Of a DNA stretch of 46,529 nucleotides, positions 1 through 6,848 are shown piece after piece. The translations under genes were made by a program, and so were the position numbers. Under the pieces are notes generated by a model. That model worked only from the letters and a program-made list of their open reading frames with translations. It was not told the origin of the DNA and searched no databases. Origin of the DNA: a virus; the IMG/VR virus record IMGVR_UViG_3300045988_058853, positions 1 to 46,529 of that record; one strand, written 5' to 3'. Each line of letters begins with the position of its first letter. The first letter of the stretch is position 1.

Positions 1-55
1 TCTGGTATAGTCTGTTCATTCATGCAACTTGCATTTTGCATATTTTCAACTTGCA
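1..55. repeat. Terminal overlap, copy 1 (identical to 46475..46529)
   Basis: The 55-nt string tctggtatagtctgttcattcatgcaacttgcattttgcatattttcaacttgca occurs at both window ends. Confidence 0.95.
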
Positions 56-422
56 TTTTGCATTTTTGATAATTCGTATCAGAGTATCCTATTATCGTAT
101 AACCACATGAAACTAACATGTTAATACACTTTTCCGTAAGCGCATACCACATTGTTCGATCCATACGTGATTTATTAAAATTTCCCTTTAATATATATCC
201 TTCTTCTTCCAACTTTCCGATAACTCTATATACCTTCAAAGAGTTCATATATGGGAATAGTTTAGATAACGCCTCCCTTGTGTTATAAGTCCAGTATCTA
301 CCTTCAAAATAATTGCGGTTATCTGCTATATTCTTGTTTATCCAAAACGCAAAATTGTGCAAGACACATGCAGCTTCTATACCCAGTTCCTTTGCTATTT
401 TATCATCAAAACAATGTGTCAT
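1..422 (-). CDS. Replisome-organizer-like winged-helix protein, N-terminal part; the gene crosses the circular junction and continues in frame into 46474->45928 (322 aa total)
   Basis: Own translation from the ATG at 422: MTHCFDDKIAKELGIEAACVLHNFAFWINKNIADNRNYFEGRYWTYNTREALSKLFPYMNSLKVYRVIGKLEEEGYILKGNFNKSRMDRTMWYALTEK...KMQVENMQNASCMNEQTIPD. No stop before the window edge. In-frame stop upstream at 447-449. The last residues equal the start of ORF 45928..46515. Not in the ORF track. Confidence 0.7.
   Translation of the reverse strand, partial: MTHCFDDKIAKELGIEAACVLHNFAFWINKNIADNRNYFEGRYWTYNTREALSKLFPYMNSLKVYRVIGKLEEEGYILKGNFNKSRMDRTMWYALTEKCINMLVSCGYTIIGYSDTNYQKCKMQVENMQNASCMNEQTIP
25..63. 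repeat. Two exact 17-bp direct repeats (caacttgcattttgcat) at 25..41 and 47..63, 22-bp period; candidate iterons inside the initiator gene
   Basis: Read directly. On the coding strand this is ATGCAAAATGCAAGTTG twice, lying between the wHTH N-domain and the C-domain of the junction-spanning gene. Confidence 0.6.
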
Positions 423-463
423 AATATTCGTTTTTATAGGCAGGTGTTACCCTGCCATGTTAT

Positions 464-1279
464 TTATTTGTTTATTTTCAATATGTTTAAAATCTCTTTC
501 TGTATAACCTCCTTTGCATTAAAGTAAAAGATTCCTTTCTTCAACCGTCTAATGTCCTGCATAGTCATTTCATTGATGTAAAAGTAAAAAGCTTCGTACG
601 GGTCGCTGAAATTTCTTGCAAGCGCATTATCAGGCTTATTGTTCATATATCGTTCTATGGAGACAATCATGCGCTTTGCATATCCAGGAAACATCTTAAA
701 CTCTTTCTGCATCTGCTTACATCCTGCAAGGGGACAACCAACACATCCATGACGAGAAAGGTTGTAAGGCGCATTATAATACTTAGAATACGGAAGGTTG
801 TATTTTCGGATATAGTTCCAAACATCAGTTTCTGACCAGTTTAGAATCGGAAGGATATGTTTTGCACCTCTCATCCATTTACGAGTATCGCATTGCTCTG
901 GTTCGTATAATCCCCGGGATGGGCTTTCTTCTGCCCTAATTCCCTCGATTGTACGCTGACCTATGCCATATTGTTCCTTCAACTTCTCACAGCAAAAACG
1001 CCTCATTCTTCCGGGTAAACCTTTAGTTTCTATCAACTGAAAAAAAGATTGCTTCGGTTGAAGTATCCGAACCTGTGGATAATTCTTCTTTATAAAACTA
1101 ATTGTTCCGGGCGGGTCAACGGTAGTATTTGCGTAAGAAGCATTATACTTTATGCCAGAACGCTCTGCAAGGTCAAGAATTACAACACTATCTTTGCCAC
1201 CAGAAAATCCTAAACACATCGTATCGTCACGTTCCATGCTGCGAAGAAAGTCGATTGCTTGCTGCTCTTTTTTATTCAT
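464..1279 (-). CDS. PAPS-reductase-like PP-loop ATP pyrophosphatase with Fe-S type cysteines (DndC/APS-reductase-like fold); probably not a sulfate-assimilation enzyme
   Basis: PP-loop FSGGKDS (res 25-31). Cys-Cys pair C96-C97 (RRFCCEKLK) plus C179-x2-C182 (HGCVGCPLAGC) about 82 aa later. No C-terminal ECG[LI]H motif. Confidence 0.8.
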   Translation of the reverse strand: MNKKEQQAIDFLRSMERDDTMCLGFSGGKDSVVILDLAERSGIKYNASYANTTVDPPGTISFIKKNYPQVRILQPKQSFFQLIETKGLPGRMRRFCCEKLKEQYGIGQRTIEGIRAEESPSRGLYEPEQCDTRKWMRGAKHILPILNWSETDVWNYIRKYNLPYSKYYNAPYNLSRHGCVGCPLAGCKQMQKEFKMFPGYAKRMIVSIERYMNNKPDNALARNFSDPYEAFYFYINEMTMQDIRRLKKGIFYFNAKEVIQKEILNILKINK

Positions 1280-1321
1280 TTCTAATCTGTTTTATATGAT
1301 GGTGTTACCACCTCCTGTTAT

Positions 1322-2071
1322 TTACTTCTTACCTAAAAACTTATTAACAAAATACCTTACTCCTTTTGGGGTTAAAACCGTAGTTGTACAAACCTTAGAT
1401 TCCTCACCAGTTACTATCACCCGTTTCTTAATCTCAAACAGACCCATGTTCATGTATGCCTGAGACGGCTGATTGCGTGACTCTCCAACGCTGCAAAGAT
1501 AACCTGCTTTTCTGATACGTTCATATAGTTGCTTTTCTCCGATCTGATAACCGTTTTGAGTGATTATTTTTGCCAGTTCACGGATAAGAATAGACTTCTT
1601 AGATGCTTCAACCGCTTCGCTAAACAGAACTTTCGGTTTGTCAGCCTCTATCTTTGCGTTCTTTTCCTCGATCTGTTTTTGCTGATTTTCAATGACCCCT
1701 TGTTGTTCGGCTGCAAGCAACAAGGCTTCACGGAATGATTTAGGAACGTTAAAGTTTCCCATGCTGTTAGCTCTTTCCAGTTCTTCCCACCGAATAACAA
1801 GTTTTGCTCTCGCTTCATCATTGAACTTAGTTGCTATATACAGGCACTCTGTTTTTGTTAGCTTATACATAGGACGATTCTCACCTTTCGCGTCTGTGTA
1901 TTCAACGAGGGAAAAATTTCCCCCGTTAACTTTTACCCAAGCACTCTCCATTGCCCGTATAGCTTTTAATACATCGTTATGCGGTTTTCCTGTAATTGTC
2001 GCAATCTCTTTTGATGTCATATACTCTTTTGCGTTTATAGTTTCGCCAACTTTAGATAAATTCGATTCCAT
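1322..2071 (-). CDS. Rha-family regulator / KilAC-type antirepressor (paralog 1 of 5)
   Basis: N-term KVGETINAKEYMTSKEIATITGKPHNDVLKAIR...PMYKLTKTECLYIATKFNDEARAKLVIRWEELE (Rha-like). C-term KPKVLFSEAVEASKKSILIRELAKII (antirepressor-like). Confidence 0.75.
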   Translation of the reverse strand: MESNLSKVGETINAKEYMTSKEIATITGKPHNDVLKAIRAMESAWVKVNGGNFSLVEYTDAKGENRPMYKLTKTECLYIATKFNDEARAKLVIRWEELERANSMGNFNVPKSFREALLLAAEQQGVIENQQKQIEEKNAKIEADKPKVLFSEAVEASKKSILIRELAKIITQNGYQIGEKQLYERIRKAGYLCSVGESRNQPSQAYMNMGLFEIKKRVIVTGEESKVCTTTVLTPKGVRYFVNKFLGKK

Positions 2072-2096
2072 GATTTAAAATTTTAATTATTAATTA

Positions 2097-2297
2097 TTAT
2101 TTGCTTAACAACTCGTCAAGCGTTTTTCTAAACTTTTTGTAGTCCTCTAATTCTTCATCAGACAAGACAATGAAGCACATACCATCAATGTATATACATT
2201 CCAATTTGCCACCTTTAATTAAACGCCAAATCCAAGGTACCGTAACACCTTTCATGTCAGCGTAGCTCTTTACTTTAATAAGATTTTCTAATTTCAT
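2097..2297 (-). CDS. Small putative DNA-binding protein (excisionase/MerR-like HTH)
   Basis: 66 aa; SYADMKGVTVPWIWRLIKGGKL resembles a short HTH. A TAnnTTTG box and a terminator lie upstream. Confidence 0.45.
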   Translation of the reverse strand: MKLENLIKVKSYADMKGVTVPWIWRLIKGGKLECIYIDGMCFIVLSDEELEDYKKFRKTLDELLSK

Positions 2298-2370
2298 ATT
2301 ACTATTATTTATTGATTCAACGCTACAAATATAGTGTTAATTATGATATACCACAAGGAAAAACAGTTTT
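2298..2370 (-). promoter_or_regulatory. Bacteroidota-type promoter candidate (-7 box TATATTTG = plus 2326..2333)
   Basis: Minus strand cacTATATTTGtagc about 28 nt upstream of the ATG at 2297, just downstream of terminator 2414..2453. Confidence 0.4.
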
Positions 2371-2413
2371 ATTTTTAATCTTTTTCGTAAACCGGATGAA
2401 TATCAGCCACTTA

Positions 2414-2453
2414 CAAAAAATACCCCACTCACAACGTTTGCAAGTGGGGTGTA
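2414..2453 (-). terminator. Rho-independent terminator after 2474..2776
   Basis: Stem accccact (2422-2429) / agtggggt (2443-2450). On the minus strand it is followed by ATTTTTTGT. Confidence 0.65.
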
Positions 2454-2473
2454 TATCACAATCAGAACCGGGT

Positions 2474-2776
2474 CTATCTCTCTACCATCTGATAGCATTT
2501 AGTCGTATTCATACCGGGTAACCTGTAATTTGCCTCTCTTATGTATCCAGCCGATACGAGGCGATTTACAGCGTTATACAACTTCTTCGTAGACATGAAA
2601 GGAATTATCTCTTTAAGTTTGGCTATCGAAACAAAAACCGTGTTAGGTACTTGTTTTACTCGACACCCTTTGAATTTCTCTCTGTACATTCCTGTGCAGA
2701 GGATAAGAATCATTTCGGAATATACGGCAGCAGCCTCTAAACCGATCTCGTTTGCTATCTTTTCATCTATAACCAT
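2474..2776 (-). CDS. Stand-alone winged-helix protein, paralog of the initiator N-domain
   Basis: IDEKIANEIGLEAAAVYSEM...VSIAKLKEIIPFMSTKKLYNAVNRLVSAGYIRE aligns with FDDKIAKELGIEAACVLHNF...EALSKLFPYMNSLKVYRVIGKLEEEGYILK of the junction gene. Confidence 0.55.
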   Translation of the reverse strand: MVIDEKIANEIGLEAAAVYSEMILILCTGMYREKFKGCRVKQVPNTVFVSIAKLKEIIPFMSTKKLYNAVNRLVSAGYIREANYRLPGMNTTKCYQMVER

Positions 2777-2779
2777 ATC

Positions 2780-3100
2780 TTACTTTATTTTTTTATACCA
2801 TCTAATATACGACAATGATTTATACCATTTATTTTGCTTTTTGGTTGCTTCAGTACTTATCTTTTCGCCACCGTCCACAAGTATATATTTTAGCTTGTTT
2901 TCATAATGCAAATATCTCTGATCCATTCCTATTTTTATATTTTTACGTATAATTGATTTCTTTGCAGCCTTAACGCAATACGAGTATTCGCAAAAAACTG
3001 TAAAATCGGATAACGCTTCACTAACATAGCAGTACTTGCATATGTCTGTACTCAAAAGGTTTATTACTGAATCTATTGCCAGTTTATTTATCTTTTTCAT
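2780..3100 (-). CDS. Hypothetical protein (Cys-rich N-terminus)
   Basis: ATG start; 4-nt overlap with the upstream gene; compact operon context. Confidence 0.55.
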   Translation of the reverse strand: MKKINKLAIDSVINLLSTDICKYCYVSEALSDFTVFCEYSYCVKAAKKSIIRKNIKIGMDQRYLHYENKLKYILVDGGEKISTEATKKQNKWYKSLSYIRWYKKIK

Positions 3101-4038
3101 TTCGCTTTAATTTGAATAGATTCTTTCACATCTGAGTATTTAATAAACTCTACGTAAATATCCGGATACTTCTCTTTCAACGCTTTAGTATCAAGGGATT
3201 CACGGCTATATGCTTTCTTCCGGGTGATAGTAATCAAGTCACCTTTGATATTGTCCGCTTTCGCTTCTTTCATCAATTCGAGTAATTGAGATTTAAACTT
3301 ATTCATCTGTTCGTCAAGCGTCTTTTGAATCTCGATTAACTGATATACAGATTCCTCTACGTTGTTGACCTTTTCCGGAAGATCGTTCAATTTAGCAACG
3401 TAAAAATCAGCACTACAATTATCTACGTATTTCAAGCCCTCTTTGCAGCATTGAAGGAATATCTCTATCTCTTTGTCCGGTATCCGTTCTACCGGAACAA
3501 TGGTGTCATTATCATCGCCTCTCAGCCATATAGCCAACAAGTGATCTACTATCAAATTCGGATTCTGTTTCTGAAAAAAATATGCGTAGATGGATAATTG
3601 CCATGATAGATATAGCATATCTAATTTGTAGGTAGTTTTTATATCTCCCAGTATAACAGAATTTGAGTATCTGCCTAAATACACCTTATCAATCGGTGAT
3701 GCGATAAATTCGTTATCAGTTACTATATACTCTGAGGCAATGTGAGTTAATCCGAAGTCACTTTTCAGTCTGAGATAGTTTTCACCCTGTTTTGATTCGG
3801 CTTCAATTCCTTCGTTATCTATGTTTTCACATTCTTCGTGCACTCGTTTCCCTCGCTCAGTGGCAAGGGATAAAACGCTTTCGGGGATACCGTCAAGTTT
3901 ACCGGGGAACAATTGCTCGTTGATAAATCCGGTTATACCATGCAGTTTCTTAAAGTCCGGTGTAAAATACTCATGTGTTTCTTCAATGTAGATAACATCT
4001 GATTGATTAAGTTTTGGTAATGTTATAATATTATTCAT
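3097..4038 (-). CDS. PD-(D/E)XK (RecB/Cas4-like) exonuclease, partner of the Erf annealase
   Basis: Motifs ERGKRVHEECE, SPIDKV, GDIKTT (D..D-x-K) and QLSIY (QxxxY). Located two genes downstream of Erf. Confidence 0.65.
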   Translation of the reverse strand: MNNIITLPKLNQSDVIYIEETHEYFTPDFKKLHGITGFINEQLFPGKLDGIPESVLSLATERGKRVHEECENIDNEGIEAESKQGENYLRLKSDFGLTHIASEYIVTDNEFIASPIDKVYLGRYSNSVILGDIKTTYKLDMLYLSWQLSIYAYFFQKQNPNLIVDHLLAIWLRGDDNDTIVPVERIPDKEIEIFLQCCKEGLKYVDNCSADFYVAKLNDLPEKVNNVEESVYQLIEIQKTLDEQMNKFKSQLLELMKEAKADNIKGDLITITRKKAYSRESLDTKALKEKYPDIYVEFIKYSDVKESIQIKAK

Positions 4039-4049
4039 AATGGTATATT

Positions 4050-4250
4050 TTAAAATGGGAAAAAGTTAGTTTTTAATCCAAGTGGATTTATATAAAAATG
4101 GAGTTTATTGTATTCTCTGTGAAAAGACAAAGAACGTCTTATTTTCTTTTCTTTTTGAGTAAATGCGTAAAAACGTCTACCTCCATTAACAATATAATAG
4201 TTTAGCTTTCTTTTGTAAGCTACTAAACCGTTAAACTTTTTGTTTTTCAT
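4050..4250 (-). CDS. Hypothetical small basic protein
   Basis: 66 aa; ATG preceded by GGAGGTAAGAA; 4-nt overlap with erf. Confidence 0.5.
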   Translation of the reverse strand: MKNKKFNGLVAYKRKLNYYIVNGGRRFYAFTQKEKKIRRSLSFHREYNKLHFYINPLGLKTNFFPF

Positions 4251-4864
4251 TTCTTACCTCCTTCGATCTCTGCTCTTTTTTTTGATAAGGCATTCATAAA
4301 AGTACTATCAGATTGATACGATTGATTAGCTTTAAACAAGCTGCTTAATTGTTCAACCGTTGTACACTCGTTGACGTATCCGACCAAAATAGCCGTTTGA
4401 CTCTGTGAGTTATCCGGTTGACTTGTTGATGAATACTTAGCACCCTTCTTATTTGCCGCTTTTCCTTCGTTTTCCGGCATTCCGTTTAATGAATCATTAT
4501 CTATACTATCATCAATTGCAAAAAGTCCACACAGGGCGTATTTTCGTGCATAGCTTGATGTTGCACCGGTCAACTGTGCACCGTCCATTCCTTTTTTGCT
4601 TTCTTCTTCACGAGCAAATGCAGTTGCCTCTTCTGATTCTCCTGTTTCAATATCAACAACCTTTGCAGTCGCTTTAACGTAGAATCTACCTTCAATATAC
4701 TCAATTGTATCGGTTACATTCACATAACAACCGTATTTGCCGCACACCTCTTTTGCTGTCTGCAAAATGTCCTCACATGAACGGTAATAATACCCACCGA
4801 ACTTATTATAACGTCCTTTTTTGACGTTCATCTCGTTTTGAATCTTTGATAAATTTTTAATCAT
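4247..4864 (-). CDS. erf: ERF-family single-strand annealing protein
   Basis: KFGGYYYRSCEDIL...GRFYVKATAKVVD...GATSSYARKYALCGLFAIDD is characteristic of ERF superfamily recombinases. Confidence 0.8.
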   Translation of the reverse strand: MIKNLSKIQNEMNVKKGRYNKFGGYYYRSCEDILQTAKEVCGKYGCYVNVTDTIEYIEGRFYVKATAKVVDIETGESEEATAFAREEESKKGMDGAQLTGATSSYARKYALCGLFAIDDSIDNDSLNGMPENEGKAANKKGAKYSSTSQPDNSQSQTAILVGYVNECTTVEQLSSLFKANQSYQSDSTFMNALSKKRAEIEGGKK

Positions 4865-5105
4865 TGTTTTTTGGTTTTATGTTAAACAGAAAATTTGCGT
4901 CCACTCCAGTAGCCTCACATATCTTTGAGACCCATTCAATATTAATCTTTCGTGTCCTCCGGTTGCAAAGAGAGGACATGTTTACCGTCCTTGATTTTGG
5001 CTTTGTATCCTCCCACAACATTTCGGCTATCTCTTTTTTACTCACTTTTAATCCTTTCAACTTAGCGTTTAAAATGGCTTCATTAATCTTAAAATCACTC
5101 GACAT
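4857..5105 (-). CDS. XRE/Cro-like HTH transcriptional regulator
   Basis: 82 aa; LKGLKVSKKEIAEMLWEDTKPKSRTVNMSSLCN...IEWVSKICEATGVDANFLF fits an HTH_3-type fold. Confidence 0.6.
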   Translation of the reverse strand: MSSDFKINEAILNAKLKGLKVSKKEIAEMLWEDTKPKSRTVNMSSLCNRRTRKINIEWVSKICEATGVDANFLFNIKPKNND

Positions 5106-5268
5106 CTATTACCTCCCTTCCACATTCTTCGCATTTATAAATATTTTCTTCTTCCTGTTCCGGCTCACAATCGTAATCGCAATATTCTTTGCTAAAAACC
5201 GGGTAAGATTGCCAAAGGTATAAATCGCCTCCGCAATACGGACAAACATGTACTTCATTCTGATTCAT
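5095..5268 (-). CDS. Small zinc-ribbon protein (57 aa; below the ORF-track cutoff)
   Basis: Own translation: MNQNEVHVCPYCGGDLYLWQSYPVFSKEYCDYDCEPEQEEENIYKCEECGREVIDVE. CPYC...CEEC pairs. It is the first gene after promoter cassette F and overlaps the XRE start by 11 nt. Confidence 0.55.
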   Translation of the reverse strand: MNQNEVHVCPYCGGDLYLWQSYPVFSKEYCDYDCEPEQEEENIYKCEECGREVIDVE

Positions 5269-5380
5269 ATATACTACTTTTAATTGTTACTTACTTAATT
5301 CAACAATGCAAAGATAAGGCAAAACTTTAAATACACAAAGAATTTCTTTAATTTTATTGTTAATGAAATTTAAAACGCTG
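5269..5380 (-). promoter_or_regulatory. Promoter/leader cassette copy F (diverged); -7 box TATCTTTG = plus 5308..5315, with TTTG 19 nt upstream
   Basis: Minus strand ctTTTGtgtatttaaagttttgcctTATCTTTGcattgttgaattaagtaagtaacaatt; shares leader and -33 segments with the other cassettes. Confidence 0.5.
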
Positions 5381-5487
5381 GAAATATACGAATAGAACGA
5401 CTGTTCGAACTATTTTTGTAGAACTTTTCTTAAATACTTGTTACTACTTATTGTTTATTGACTCGTTTAGTCCGTGAGGATAGAACG

Positions 5488-5523
5488 AAAAAGGGGAATA
5501 CATAGCGTTGCATTCCCCTTTTA
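5488..5523 (-). terminator. Rho-independent terminator of the thyA operon
   Basis: 12-bp stem aaaaaggggaat / attccccttttа-type pairing (5488-5499 with 5512-5523), with a T-run on the minus strand. Confidence 0.75.
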
Positions 5524-5525
5524 AA

Positions 5526-5699
5526 TTACATACCGGATAACTTGCGATTGATAGCGTCTAATATCCTACCTTTTAAAAATATATTTAAGTTTCTCTTATA
5601 CAAGTTTTTTAGATAATACACAGATTCCATATTAAGGTATCTTTCGTAATAATCGATTTTATTACATGATAAAAATCTTACAGTTTCATCTTCATTCAT
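5526..5699 (-). CDS. Small ORF (57 aa) translationally coupled to thyA; below the ORF-track cutoff
   Basis: Own translation: [57 protein letters not shown]. Its ATG overlaps the thyA stop (ATGA) and is preceded by GGGAGGTAGCAGT. Its stop lies 2 nt before the terminator stem. Confidence 0.5.
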   Translation of the reverse strand: MNEDETVRFLSCNKIDYYERYLNMESVYYLKNLYKRNLNIFLKGRILDAINRKLSGM

Positions 5700-6496
5700 A
5701 CTGCTACCTCCCCTCTTATTGCCGAATGGCTGTTATAATGAATAATATCTATATCCTCAAACTTAAAATCAAAAAGATCGGTAACGGAAGAATTCAAAAC
5801 AAGTTCCGGCAATCGCAACGGAATGCGATCTAATTGCGTCCTTACCTGTTCAACATGATTCAAGTATATGTGAGCGTCACCCAACGTATGAATGAATTTC
5901 CGTGGTTTCAGATTACACACATGTGCAACCATAGCAAGCAACAACGAATAAGACGCTATATTGAACGGAACGCCCAAGAATAAATCTGCACTACGTTGAT
6001 ACAATTGCAGGTCTAAAAAGCCATCCTTTGATACGTAGAACTGATAAAAGCAATGACATGGAGGCAAGTTCATTTTGTCAAGGTCGCCAACGTTCCATGA
6101 ATTAACGATTAATCTACGTGAATAGGGATCATTCTTAATCATCTCAATGACTGATTTAAGTTGATCTATACTTGTACGGCTGTTAACACGCCAATCACGC
6201 CACTGCGCACCGTATATCCGTCCTAAATTACCGTCCTTGTCTGCCCATGCATCCCAAATATGAACACCGTTTTTAAGCAGGTACTTAATATTGGTATCAC
6301 CTTTAATGAACCAAAGCAATTCATGTATAATACCCTTTGTGAATAGCTTTTTAGTAGTTACAAGCGGGAAGCCGTCACGAAGATCATAAACCTTTTGAGT
6401 ACCACCGAAAACGCTGATTGTTCCCGTTCCTGTTCGATCTTCACGCTTTTCGCCATAATTCAAAACATAAGAAAGTAAGTCTAAATACTGTTTCAT
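5696..6496 (-). CDS. thyA: Thymidylate synthase (ThyA type)
   Basis: [30 protein letters not shown] (catalytic Cys), [18 protein letters not shown] with Asn retained in PFNIAS. Confidence 0.95.
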   Translation of the reverse strand: MKQYLDLLSYVLNYGEKREDRTGTGTISVFGGTQKVYDLRDGFPLVTTKKLFTKGIIHELLWFIKGDTNIKYLLKNGVHIWDAWADKDGNLGRIYGAQWRDWRVNSRTSIDQLKSVIEMIKNDPYSRRLIVNSWNVGDLDKMNLPPCHCFYQFYVSKDGFLDLQLYQRSADLFLGVPFNIASYSLLLAMVAHVCNLKPRKFIHTLGDAHIYLNHVEQVRTQLDRIPLRLPELVLNSSVTDLFDFKFEDIDIIHYNSHSAIRGEVAV

Positions 6497-6499
6497 AAT

Positions 6500-6700
6500 T
6501 TACTTGTTATTTTTAACCTGATATTTAATTAGATCATTTTCTCTCACTCTACGAATAAAACCATATTGACTCTGAACGAGATAATTTACGTTCTTATCCT
6601 TTTTACCTACGTGAATCTCAATGGAGAATACTCTAAACGGCTCTTTATGTGCACCGTACATCACTTCTTCGTCAACGTTAAACCTTGTTTTTATAACCAT
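6500..6700 (-). CDS. Hypothetical protein (66 aa)
   Basis: The track ORF 6500..6775 starts at a TTG inside the promoter cassette. The first ATG (6700) gives MVIKTRFNVDEEV... Confidence 0.55.
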   Translation of the reverse strand: MVIKTRFNVDEEVMYGAHKEPFRVFSIEIHVGKKDKNVNYLVQSQYGFIRRVRENDLIKYQVKNNK

Positions 6701-6820
6701 GATATTTGTTTTTAAATTGTTATTACTTTGTTTCCTTTTGACATTGCAAATATAAAGATTAAATTTAAAACACAAAGAGAAACTTTAAGTTTTAACGTGA
6801 AATTAACCTTTGCAAACAAA
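6701..6820 (-). promoter_or_regulatory. Promoter/leader cassette copy A (-7 box TATATTTG = plus 6747..6754)
   Basis: aattgttattactttgtttccttttgacattgcaaatataaag... is near-identical to copies B, C and D. Confidence 0.6.
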
Positions 6821-6821
6821 G

Positions 6822-6847
6822 CAAAAAAAAGAGGGGATAGGCCCTCT
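6822..6847 (-). terminator. Rho-independent terminator after 6849..7682
   Basis: Stem agaggg/ccctct with an 8-nt T-run on the minus strand (plus A-run 6823-6830), directly after the stop codon. Confidence 0.7.
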
Positions 6848-6848
6848 C

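Noticed and set aside
1-55. Interpreting the 55-bp terminal repeat as the physical phage DNA ends (cos site or short DTR)
   Set aside because: An exact overlap of this size is what assemblers leave on circular contigs, and a gene reads straight through it. The physical termini cannot be inferred from the sequence alone.
438-456. Hairpin ggcagg-tgttac-cctgcc between the PAPS-reductase-like gene and the initiator-like gene as a terminator
   Set aside because: On the transcribed (minus) strand it is followed by TATAAAAAC rather than a T-run, and the stem is only 6 bp. It may stabilise RNA, but I cannot support a terminator call.
464-1279. Annotating the PAPS-reductase-like gene as cysH, an auxiliary metabolic gene for assimilatory sulfate reduction
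   Set aside because: The C-terminal ECG[LI]H catalytic cysteine motif is absent, and the protein ends in an unrelated helical tail. The fold alone does not establish sulfonucleotide reductase activity.
5380-5420. Possible tRNA suggested by gttcgaac in the 5.3-5.5 kb intergenic region
   Set aside because: No cloverleaf can be drawn. There is no GTTCGAATC-type T-arm with a matching acceptor stem, and no other intergenic region shows tRNA-like structure.
5696-6496. ThyA homolog as a dUMP/dCMP hydroxymethylase starting a DNA hypermodification pathway
   Set aside because: The sequence keeps the canonical ThyA signatures, including Asn in PFNIAS (dUMP specificity) and a ThyA-like C-terminus. No downstream hypermodification genes (kinase, glycosyl- or amino-transferases) are visible. 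Enzymology would still be needed to exclude a dUMP hydroxymethylase.
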